This document shows, piece after piece, positions 47,781 to 55,186 of a stretch of DNA of 55,186 nucleotides. The DNA comes from Candidatus Geohabitans tengchongensis. Its GTDB lineage: Bacteria > Sysuimicrobiota > Sysuimicrobiia > Sysuimicrobiales > Humicultoraceae. The translations under genes were made by a program, and so were the position numbers. Below the pieces are notes generated by a model, which was not told where the DNA came from, made no database searches, and was given only the letters and a program-made list of their open reading frames with translations. Position 1 is the first letter of the stretch; the number at the start of each line of letters is the position of its first letter. Location of the stretch: contig JAVKIH010000015.1 of the NCBI GenBank assembly GCA_031459625.1, positions 1 through 55,186 of the forward strand, written 5' to 3'.

Positions 47781-49895
47781 CTACCCCACGGCGACCAGCC
47801 CGGCGCCGGCGAAGCGGCGGCGCACCGCCTCGCGCAGGGCCCGGTGCTCCGCGGCGCGCAGCGGGGGGTCGGCCCGCACGATGGCCTCGGCGGCGGCGCG
47901 CGCCGCCTCCAGGAGGGGCAGGTCGCGCTGCAGGTCGGCCACGCGCAGGTCCGGCAGCCCGTGCTGGCGCGTCCCCAGGATCTCCCCCGGCCCGCGCAGC
48001 AGCAGGTCCTCCTGGGCGATGCGGAAGCCGTCGGTCGTCTCCGTCATCACCTGCAGCCGCCGCCGCCCCTCCTCGCCGGCGGGCGAGGCGATGAGGATGC
48101 AGTAGGCGCGCTCCGCACCCCGCCCCACGCGGCCGCGCAGCTGGTGGAGCTGGGCCAACCCGAAGCGGTCCGCGTCCTCCACCACCATCACCGTGGCGTT
48201 GGGGATGTCGATGCCCACCTCGATCACCGAGGTGGCCACCAGCACCGCCACCTCGCCGCGGCGCATCGCCTCCATGATGCGCTCGCGCTCCTCCGCGCGC
48301 ATCCGGCCGTGGAGGAGCCTCACCGGCAGGCCGCGCAGGTACCCCCCGCGCAGCTCCTCGGCCAGGCGCTCCGCCGCCTGCACCTGCAGCTTCTCCGACT
48401 CGCCGATGAGCGGGCAGACGACGAAGGCCTGCCGCCCCGCCGCCACCTGCTCGCGGACGAAGGCGTAGACCTTCGGCCGCGCGGCGGCCGACCGCCAGTA
48501 GGTGGCGACGGGATGGCGCCCCGGCGGCAGCTCGTCCAGCACCGAGACGTCCAGGTCGCCGTACAGCGTGAGGGCCAGCGTGCGCGGGATGGGCGTGGCG
48601 GTCATCACCAGCACGTCGGGCGCGGCGCCCTTGCGCCGCAGGCGGGCCCGCTGCAGCACGCCGAAGCGGTGCTGCTCGTCCACCACCACGAGGCCCAGCC
48701 GCGAGAAGACCACCGTCTCCTCGATGAGGGCGTGGGTGCCGACGACGACGTCGCCGTGCCCCTCGCGGGCCGCCTCGCGGGCGGCGGCGCGCTCGGCCGC
48801 GGTACGGCCGCCCGTGAGCAGCACCACCTCCACCCCGAGGGGCCCGAGGAGCCGGCGCAGCGTCAGGGCGTGCTGCTCGGCCAGGATCTCGGTGGGCGCC
48901 ATCAGCGCCCCCTGCCGGCCGCCCTGCACGGCCACGAGGAGCGCGGCGGCGGCCACCACCGTCTTGCCCGAGCCGACGTCCCCGTGGAGGAGCCGGTTCA
49001 TCGGCGCCGGCGCGTGCATGTCGGCGGTGATCTCCCGGATGGCCCGCTGCTGCGCCCGGGTCAGGGGGAAGGGCAGGCCGCGCAGGAAGCGCTCCACCAG
49101 GTCGCCCGTCCCGTAGCGGAAGGGCTTGGCCTCCCGGGCGAGCCGGTGCCGGCGCAGCGCCAGCCCGAGCTGCAGGACGAGCAGCTCCTCGAAGGCCAGC
49201 CGCGCCCGGGCGGCGGCATGGGCCTCCGGCGTCTCCGGGTAGTGGAGCGCCCACAGCGCCTCGCGGATGCCCAACAGCCCCCGGGCCGCGCGCAGGGCCT
49301 CGGGCAGGATTTCGGGGACGCGATCGGCGTGCGCCTCGAGCGCGCTGCGCACCAGGGTGCGCAGGACGCGCTGGCTCAGCCCTTCCGTGGCCGGGTAGAT
49401 GGGGACGAGGCGCCCGGTGTGCCAGGTCTCCTCGGCGTCGTCCTCCAGGACCTCGAACTCCGGCGCGCGCAGCCGCACCTCCCCGCCCCAGCGCTCCACC
49501 TTGCCCGAGAAGAGCGCCCGCACGCCGCGGCGGAGCTGCCCCTTGAGGAAGGCCTGGTTGTACCAGACGGCGTAGGCCACCCCGGTGGCGTCGACCAGGG
49601 CGGCCTTGAGGAGGACGAGGCCGCGGCGCACCCGCCGCTCGCTCACGGCGGCCACGGTGGCCTCCACGGTCTGCACCGCGCCGTGTACCAGGTCGCGCAG
49701 GGGGACGAGGTGGCGGCGGTCCTCCAGGCGCCGGGGGGCGTGCAGGAGGAGGTCCTCGACCGTGACGATGCCCAGGCGGGCCAGCGCGTCGGCCCGGGCG
49801 GGGCCGACGCCCTTGAGGTACTGGACCGGAGCGGCGAGCGGGTCGGTGGAGCGCGCCGGTGGTGGGGAGACGGGCAGGATCGGCGTTCCGCTCAC
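47781..49895 (-). CDS. recG: ATP-dependent DNA helicase RecG
   Basis: GDVGSGKT, DEQHRFG, MTATPIPRTL, QLRGRVGRG. Confidence 0.96.
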   Translation of the reverse strand: MSGTPILPVSPPPARSTDPLAAPVQYLKGVGPARADALARLGIVTVEDLLLHAPRRLEDRRHLVPLRDLVHGAVQTVEATVAAVSERRVRRGLVLLKAALVDATGVAYAVWYNQAFLKGQLRRGVRALFSGKVERWGGEVRLRAPEFEVLEDDAEETWHTGRLVPIYPATEGLSQRVLRTLVRSALEAHADRVPEILPEALRAARGLLGIREALWALHYPETPEAHAAARARLAFEELLVLQLGLALRRHRLAREAKPFRYGTGDLVERFLRGLPFPLTRAQQRAIREITADMHAPAPMNRLLHGDVGSGKTVVAAAALLVAVQGGRQGALMAPTEILAEQHALTLRRLLGPLGVEVVLLTGGRTAAERAAAREAAREGHGDVVVGTHALIEETVVFSRLGLVVVDEQHRFGVLQRARLRRKGAAPDVLVMTATPIPRTLALTLYGDLDVSVLDELPPGRHPVATYWRSAAARPKVYAFVREQVAAGRQAFVVCPLIGESEKLQVQAAERLAEELRGGYLRGLPVRLLHGRMRAEERERIMEAMRRGEVAVLVATSVIEVGIDIPNATVMVVEDADRFGLAQLHQLRGRVGRGAERAYCILIASPAGEEGRRRLQVMTETTDGFRIAQEDLLLRGPGEILGTRQHGLPDLRVADLQRDLPLLEAARAAAEAIVRADPPLRAAEHRALREAVRRRFAGAGLVAVG

Positions 49896-49973
49896 GTCAG
49901 CCCCTCCACTTCGACCCCCGTGCGCCGCGGCCCTCTCGCCGGCCGCGGCGCCGCCCCAGGGGAGCCGAAACGC

Positions 49974-50843
49974 TCACCCGTCCGATGGGAGCGGGCGCAG
50001 GCCCCACCGCCCGTCCTCCAGCATCGCCACCGACGTGTACCCCGCCGCGCGCACCAGCGCGCGGGCCTCCACGAAGTGGGCCGCCACGTCCTCGGGCCGG
50101 TGGGCGTCGGAGGAGAGCGTGACGGGAATCCCCAGGGCGCGGCAGCGCCGCAGGAGCCACGGCGCCGGGTAGGCCTCGCGGCAGGGGGCGCGCAGCCCGG
50201 CGGTGTTCACCTCTACCACCAGCCCGGCGGCGCGGACCGCCTCGAGGGCCTGCTCGGCTGCCTCGACGTACCAGGGCGCGGCTGCGGGGAAGTAGCGCTC
50301 GGCCACGTTCCACATCTTCACCTTGTCGAGGTGGCCGAGGATCACCGGGCAGGGCCAGTGCCGCGCCTGCGCGGCCAGGGCGGCGGTGGCGGCGTAGTAG
50401 GCCTCCACCAGGGGGCGGGCGTCCCCGCCGTAGACCTCGGTCACCTGCCGGTGGAACGCCTCCGCGGACTCGTCGATGGCAAACGGCCTCCCCGAGGGAT
50501 CCCGGCCGATGTAGTGGACGCTCGCCACGGCGTACTCAAGGGGTGCGGCGAAGAGGTGCTCGCGCTGGAAGGCCTCCCCCTCGGGGACGAGCTCCGGCGG
50601 CAGGTAGTCCACCTCCAGGCCGAGGCGGACGGCCAGGCGTCCGCGGAACGCCTCGCGCACCGCCCGCACCTCGGCGGCGTACGCCGGGAGCGCCTCCAGG
50701 GGCATGTGCCAGACCGAGGCCACCGGCACCGGGGCGTGGCTGGAGAGGCCGAGGTCGGTCAGGGCGGCGGCCAGGGCCGCCCGGGCGTAGGCCTCCACCG
50801 TGCCGCTCCCGTCGCAGTAGTGCGGGTGGTTGTGGTAGCTCAT
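49974..50843 (-). CDS. PHP-family histidinol-phosphatase (HisJ-like)
   Basis: HNHPHYCDG, SSHAP, GLEVDY, GHLD, SSDAH. Confidence 0.85.
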   Translation of the reverse strand: MSYHNHPHYCDGSGTVEAYARAALAAALTDLGLSSHAPVPVASVWHMPLEALPAYAAEVRAVREAFRGRLAVRLGLEVDYLPPELVPEGEAFQREHLFAAPLEYAVASVHYIGRDPSGRPFAIDESAEAFHRQVTEVYGGDARPLVEAYYAATAALAAQARHWPCPVILGHLDKVKMWNVAERYFPAAAPWYVEAAEQALEAVRAAGLVVEVNTAGLRAPCREAYPAPWLLRRCRALGIPVTLSSDAHRPEDVAAHFVEARALVRAAGYTSVAMLEDGRWGLRPLPSDG

Positions 50844-50953
50844 CCCCCTGTCCTCCCGACCGGCTTCATGGTAGGATCGGCCGGTGTGACCGGCCCGGGT
50901 GCGCCAGGGGCCCCTGAGACGGCCCGGGTCGACGGTCCGGCAGGAGGAGGACG

Positions 50954-51145
50954 ATGGCCAGGCGGTGCGAGATCTGCGGCAAGGGGACGGCGACGGGCTA
51001 CTCCATCAGCCACTCCCACGTGCGGAGCAAGCGCCGGTTCCGGGCGAACCTGCAGCGCATCCGCGGCGTGGTCGACGGGCGGGTGCGCCGCATCACCGTC
51101 TGCACCTCGTGCCTGACCGCCGGCAAGGTCAGGCGGGCCGGCTGA
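50954..51145 (+). CDS. rpmB: 50S ribosomal protein L28
   Basis: CEICGK..SHSH..NLQ..VCTSCL; TGgTAGGAT at ~50869-77. Confidence 0.95.
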   Translation: MARRCEICGKGTATGYSISHSHVRSKRRFRANLQRIRGVVDGRVRRITVCTSCLTAGKVRRAG

Positions 51146-52004
51146 AGAGGTCCTCCACCTCGTCCGGCTCGAGGACGTAGCGCTCGCCGCAGAAGCGACA
51201 GGTCACCTCGGCCCGCCCTTCCTCTGCCACCAGCCGCGACAGCTCCTCCCGACCCAGCGCCACCAGCACGGCCTCGACGCGCTCCCGCGAGCAGCCGCAG
51301 CGGAAGGCCACGGTCTTCTCCTCCAGGACGCGCCCCCCGAGGTCGCCCAGGGCCAGCCGCAGGATCTCCTCGGCGCTGCGCCCCCGGTGGACGAGCTGCG
51401 TCACCGGCGGGAGGGCCGCCACCCGCTCCTCCAGGTAGTGCGTCACCGCGGGGTCGGCCCCCGGCAGGACCTGCAGGATGTAGCCGCCGGCAGCCAACAC
51501 GCGGCCGTCGGGGGCCACCAGCACCCCCAGCGCCACCACAGAGGGCACCTGGTCGGAGACGAGCAGGAAGTGGGCCACGTCCTCGCCGATCTCCCCGGAG
51601 ACCAGCGGCACGCTGCCGTGGTAGGGGTAGCGCATCCCCAGGTCGCGCGTGACGTGCAGGGTGCCCCGGCCGACCGCCCGGCCCACGTCGAGCTTCTTGC
51701 GCGCCGTCAGCGGCAGGTCGACGTGCGGGTTGGCCACGTAGCCCCGCACCTCGCCCCGGGCGTTCCCGTCGGAGAGGATGCCGCCGAGCGGCCCGTCCCC
51801 CAGCACCCGCACGGTCAGGCGCTGGCCGTCCTTCAGCGCCGCACCGAGCATGGCGGTGGCGGCGAGGGTGCGGCCGAGCGCGGCCGTGGCGGTGGGGGCG
51901 GTGCGGTGGCGCCGGCGGGCCTCCTCCACGGTCTCGGTGGTGACCGCGGCGAAGCCCAGCACGGTCCCCTCATGGGCGATGGCGCGGACCAGCCGGTCGG
52001 GCAT
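51129..52004 (-). CDS. hslO: Hsp33 redox chaperone
   Basis: AALGR, GDGPLG, GEIGED, CGCSRER..CRFC. Confidence 0.93.
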   Translation of the reverse strand: MPDRLVRAIAHEGTVLGFAAVTTETVEEARRRHRTAPTATAALGRTLAATAMLGAALKDGQRLTVRVLGDGPLGGILSDGNARGEVRGYVANPHVDLPLTARKKLDVGRAVGRGTLHVTRDLGMRYPYHGSVPLVSGEIGEDVAHFLLVSDQVPSVVALGVLVAPDGRVLAAGGYILQVLPGADPAVTHYLEERVAALPPVTQLVHRGRSAEEILRLALGDLGGRVLEEKTVAFRCGCSRERVEAVLVALGREELSRLVAEEGRAEVTCRFCGERYVLEPDEVEDLFSRPA

Positions 52005-52701
52005 GGTATGGGCTATTGTAGCCCATTGGCGACGCGGGGCGGGCGGGGAAGTGGACCACGAGCAGCTCGCCGCGGCGCACCGCCACGCGTGCCGGCGGAG
52101 CGACGAGCTCGTTGCTGAGGGCGCGCGTCGTGCCGGCGCGCAGCGTCGCCCCCCGCAGGGACCAGCGCAGGCCGCGCAGGCGGACGCCGTCCACCTGGGG
52201 CGTGAGCGGGATGAGGGAGACGACCTCTCCCGGCCGCCCCGCGACCTCCGTCGCCCCGTCCACCAGCCAGGCCACGGCGCGGCCATCGTAGAGCCGCGCC
52301 CGGACGCCCAGCGCGCGCGCCGTCCGCAGAAGGAAGACGTTGGCCAACAGCTGGTCGAGGCGGCCGCCGGCCGGGCTGAAGATGGCCACCTCGGCGGCAC
52401 CGCGCCGGACCGCCTCGCGCACCGCCACCTCCCCGTCCGTCATGTCCTTGGCCTGGGGGAGGACCCGGCGCGGGACGCCCTGCGCGGCCAGCCACCGGTC
52501 GGTGGCCCGGTCGAGCGAGTCCAGGTCGCCCACCACCAGATCCGGACGCACGCCCGCCTGCCGGGCCAGCCGGGCGCCGCCGTCCGCCGCGATGACCTGG
52601 GCGGCCCGGGCTGCCAGTGTGCGCAGGACCCGACGGTGGCGCCCCGGGCCGTGGGTCACCACGAGGGCCACTCCCCCCGTGCGGCGGGCCGCGGCCATCA
52701 C
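51970..52701 (-). CDS. thiN: Thiamine diphosphokinase
   Basis: AADGGA, GDLDS, KDMTD, GGRLDQ, SNE. Confidence 0.88.
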   Translation of the reverse strand: MMAAARRTGGVALVVTHGPGRHRRVLRTLAARAAQVIAADGGARLARQAGVRPDLVVGDLDSLDRATDRWLAAQGVPRRVLPQAKDMTDGEVAVREAVRRGAAEVAIFSPAGGRLDQLLANVFLLRTARALGVRARLYDGRAVAWLVDGATEVAGRPGEVVSLIPLTPQVDGVRLRGLRWSLRGATLRAGTTRALSNELVAPPARVAVRRGELLVVHFPARPASPMGYNSPYHARPAGPRHRP

Positions 52702-52764
52702 GCGCCCGGGCGCCGGCGCGCGGCGCGGCTCACCGGACGGCGGGGGCGGAGGCCGCGCGGCCCG

Positions 52765-53283
52765 TCAGCGGGCAACCGGTTCCAACCGCGGCAGGCTCCG
52801 CAGCAGCAGCAACGTGAGGACGATGCTGATCACGACCTCCGGGAGCATGTAGCTGCCGTTGTAGACCAGGGAGTAGACCAGCGGCGAGGTCCCCTTGGGC
52901 GCGAAGGAAGCGAAGAAGACCACGCCGGAGAGGACGTGGCTGAGGAAGCGGCTGGCCCCGCCGACCACCACGCCCACCGCCGGCCAGCGCTGCAGGAGCC
53001 CCGCCAGCCCGAGCGCCCCGAAGGCCACCGGGTAGTCGAGCAGCACCTGCACCGGGTGGACGAAGTACGGGTCGGTCAGGTAGTTGACCACCCCGGCGAG
53101 CGCCCCGGCGAGCATCCCCCAGGGAGCCCCCCACCGCAGCGCGATGTAGAAGACCGGCACCATGCTCCCCGCCGTGATCGACCCGCCCTGGGGCATCTGA
53201 TAGACCTTGATGTTGCTGAGGACGGCCACCAGCGCGACGGCGATGGCCGTCTCCGTCAGCCGCAGGATCCGCTCCCGCGCCAT
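52765..53283 (-). CDS. thiT: ECF thiamine transporter S component
   Basis: PQGGSI, HPVQVLLDY, YSLVYNGSY; preceded by a TPP riboswitch. Confidence 0.92.
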   Translation of the reverse strand: MARERILRLTETAIAVALVAVLSNIKVYQMPQGGSITAGSMVPVFYIALRWGAPWGMLAGALAGVVNYLTDPYFVHPVQVLLDYPVAFGALGLAGLLQRWPAVGVVVGGASRFLSHVLSGVVFFASFAPKGTSPLVYSLVYNGSYMLPEVVISIVLTLLLLRSLPRLEPVAR

Positions 53284-53410
53284 GCTTGCTCCTCCTCGGG
53301 ATCCCGGACCGGCACCCCGGGGACGCCGGTCCGGGAGGGTCTTCTTCGCTAGGAGGCTCCAGACGAGCGCGCCGCCGGCCCGTGACCAGGCCGGCGGCGC
53401 GCACCATGCC

Positions 53411-53551
53411 TCGCCTTCCCCACGCCAGCATTACCTGGTTCGGGTCCGAAGGGTCTGCGGCAGTGTCCCGCTGCCCCCACCGCGCCCCCGCCGCGCGGGC
53501 AGGGGACAGGGCCGCACTCTCAGCCCGGCTCGACCGAGCTCCCCCAGCGAA
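53411..53551 (-). promoter_or_regulatory. TPP riboswitch
   Basis: GGGGAGC..GCTGAGA..GACCC..GACCCGAACCAGGTAATGCTGGCGTGGGGA; extended -10 TGgTACAGT at ~53572-80. Confidence 0.93.
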
Positions 53552-53647
53552 CGTATGGAATTGCCACATCTACTGTACCACACGCAGGCTGCACCCCAGC
53601 GCGCGGCGGTCCGGCCGGCCTCGGCCGGACTCGACCCCGCGCGCTGC

Positions 53648-53733
53648 TTCAAACGACGTACGTCGATTGAACTTACGCCGGACCCAGTTGTGTTCGGTAT
53701 GCCCCGGGCCCAGTTGTGTTCGGTAGTCGTTTG
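53648..53733. repeat. 24-bp palindrome plus 22-bp direct repeat pair
   Basis: TTCAAACGACGTACGTCGATTGAA (53648-71); CCGG[A/G]CCCAGTTGTGTTCGGTA at 53678-99 and 53704-25. Confidence 0.8.
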
Positions 53734-53781
53734 GTGGCGTCCGGTCGCGTCTCCGCCGACCGGTTGCGCTCCATCGCCCCT

Positions 53782-54765
53782 TCAGGGATCCCCGAGCAGC
53801 CGCCACAGCTCGTCGCGCGCAGGGGGCTCGAGCGGCCCTGTGCGGCCGCCGCGGTGCAGCACCCGCTCCCTGGCGCGGAAGACGCCGATCTCCGCGGCCT
53901 CGATGCCGGCTCTCCGCAGGGCCGCCAGGGTCCGGTCCGGGGCCGGGGCAGCCACCAGCAGGGCGCCGCTGCCGATCAGCGCCAGCGGGTCCGCGTCGAG
54001 CGCCCGGCACACCGCCAGCGTCTCCTCGCGCACCGGCACCCGTTCCGCCCACACCTCCACGCCCAGCCCGGCCGCTTCGGCGAACTCCCAGGCGGCGGTC
54101 AGCACGCCTCCTTCCGTGACGTCGTGCATCGCTACGGCACCGTGGGCGGCCGCCACCCGGCTCTCCGGGAGGACGCTGAGCTCCTCCACGAAGCTCCGGG
54201 CCCGCGCCAGCACGGCCTCGGGCACCCGCTCCCGCAGGCGGCCGGCCAGGTCGCTGGCCAATATGGCCGTCCCTTCCAGCCCCGCCCCCTTGGTGAGGAG
54301 GAGGCCGTGCCCCGGACGCACGGCGTCGGGCCGGAGCACGCCGTCCTGCGGGGCCCGGCCGATGGCGGCCACGATGGCGACGGGATGGGTGACACGATCG
54401 GTGACCTCGCTGTGGCCGCCGGCGATGGCCACGCCCAGCCGTGCCGCCACCGCGCCCGCCTCCCGCATGATCGCCTCCAGCTCCTCCTCCCCGGTGCCCT
54501 CGGGGAGGAGGAGGGCCAGGAGCAGCGCCACCGGCTCGGCGCCCATGGCGGCCACGTCGTTGCAGGCGACGTGGACGGCCAGGCGGCCCAGGTGGGCCCC
54601 GGCGCCGGTGATGGGGTCGATGGTGACGACGCAGGCGTGGGGGGCGAAGTCCAGCACGGCGCTGTCCCGTCCGATCCCCGCGGAGACCAGGACCTCGGGA
54701 CGGGTGGGCAGGTGGGGGAAGACGAGCCGCCGGAGCAGGTCGGGCGGCACCTTCCCCACGACCAT
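53782..54765 (-). CDS. AIR synthase-related (PurM/ThiL/HypE superfamily) protein
   Basis: GKVP, DPIT, NDVAAMG, GGHSE, MHDVTEGG, LIGSG. Confidence 0.85.
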   Translation of the reverse strand: MVVGKVPPDLLRRLVFPHLPTRPEVLVSAGIGRDSAVLDFAPHACVVTIDPITGAGAHLGRLAVHVACNDVAAMGAEPVALLLALLLPEGTGEEELEAIMREAGAVAARLGVAIAGGHSEVTDRVTHPVAIVAAIGRAPQDGVLRPDAVRPGHGLLLTKGAGLEGTAILASDLAGRLRERVPEAVLARARSFVEELSVLPESRVAAAHGAVAMHDVTEGGVLTAAWEFAEAAGLGVEVWAERVPVREETLAVCRALDADPLALIGSGALLVAAPAPDRTLAALRRAGIEAAEIGVFRARERVLHRGGRTGPLEPPARDELWRLLGDP

Positions 54766-54831
54766 GGCGGTACGCTCATGGCGCGGCTGCGCAGGCTCCA
54801 TGGGACCGGGACCTCCCCTACAATGGGAGCG

Positions 54832-55065
54832 GTGCTGGAGACCGCCTACTTCCTCATCCGCCTGGACCGGCGTACCCCCGCCGAGGTGGCGCGGGCGGTC
54901 CGGCGCGTCCCGGGGATCGCCGAGGCGGCGGTCACCATGGGGGAGTTCGACATCATCGCCATCGCCCACCTGGAGGGCACCCGCGGCTTCCCCGAGATCA
55001 GCCAGGCGCTGGAGCAGATCGAAGGCGTCCAGCGCGTCACCACCTGCGTCGTCGTCCGGCCCTAG
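54832..55065 (+). CDS. Stand-alone Lrp/AsnC ligand-binding domain protein
   Basis: AYFLI..VTMGEFDIIA..IEGVQRVTT; TACAAT 7 nt before GTG. Confidence 0.8.
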   Translation: MLETAYFLIRLDRRTPAEVARAVRRVPGIAEAAVTMGEFDIIAIAHLEGTRGFPEISQALEQIEGVQRVTTCVVVRP

Positions 55066-55068
55066 GCG

Positions 55069-55186
55069 TCACACGAGGCGGACCAGCACCTCCCGCGTGC
55101 GCGGGCCGTCCAGCTCGGCCAGGAAGAGGCGCTGCCAGGTCCCCAGGTGCAGCCGGCCACCCGCCACCGGCACCAGGAGGGACGGG
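55069..55186 (-). CDS. YjbQ/UPF0047 protein, 3' fragment cut by the window edge
   Basis: Translated by hand: ..[29 protein letters not shown]. Confidence 0.85.
   Translation of the reverse strand, partial: PSLLVPVAGGRLHLGTWQRLFLAELDGPRTREVLVRLV

Noticed and set aside
53678..53725. Possible CRISPR mini-array
   Set aside because: Only two repeats, separated by 4 nt, and no cas genes.

Overview
A very GC-rich bacterial chromosomal segment, mostly on the minus strand, with Terrabacteria-like gene order. It has two housekeeping blocks. The first is secD-secF-recJ-rel-dtd-(T-box)hisS-aspS2-aspS-6S RNA-rarA-mnmA-ytxH-rsbW-sigB-cca. The second is recG-rsmD-coaD-yceD-rpmF-plsX-fabH/D/G-acpP-fabF-rnc, followed by rpmB, hslO and a thiamine cluster with a TPP riboswitch. 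An accessory stretch (~25-38 kb) lies between them. It holds (i) a LexA-box-controlled iRadA-PPB2-PolB2 damage-inducible polymerase operon and (ii) directly upstream, a TPR protein plus a secreted pro-peptide with tandem [D/E]RGG heptads, which resembles an RRNPP (Rap/Phr- or arbitrium-like) signalling cassette and is the best candidate for an undescribed system. It also holds (iii) a paaABCD epoxidase cluster without paaE but with DinB-family and deazaflavin-dependent reductase-family genes, and (iv) peptidases and a CBS-GGDEF protein. Other oddities are a RecJ-HIRAN-degenerate helicase fusion, an apparently kinase-dead RsbW, a structured secD leader and a repeat/palindrome element near thiT. 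No CRISPR array, rRNA, tRNA, integrase or transposase was seen. All calls come from reading motifs by eye; no searches were run.
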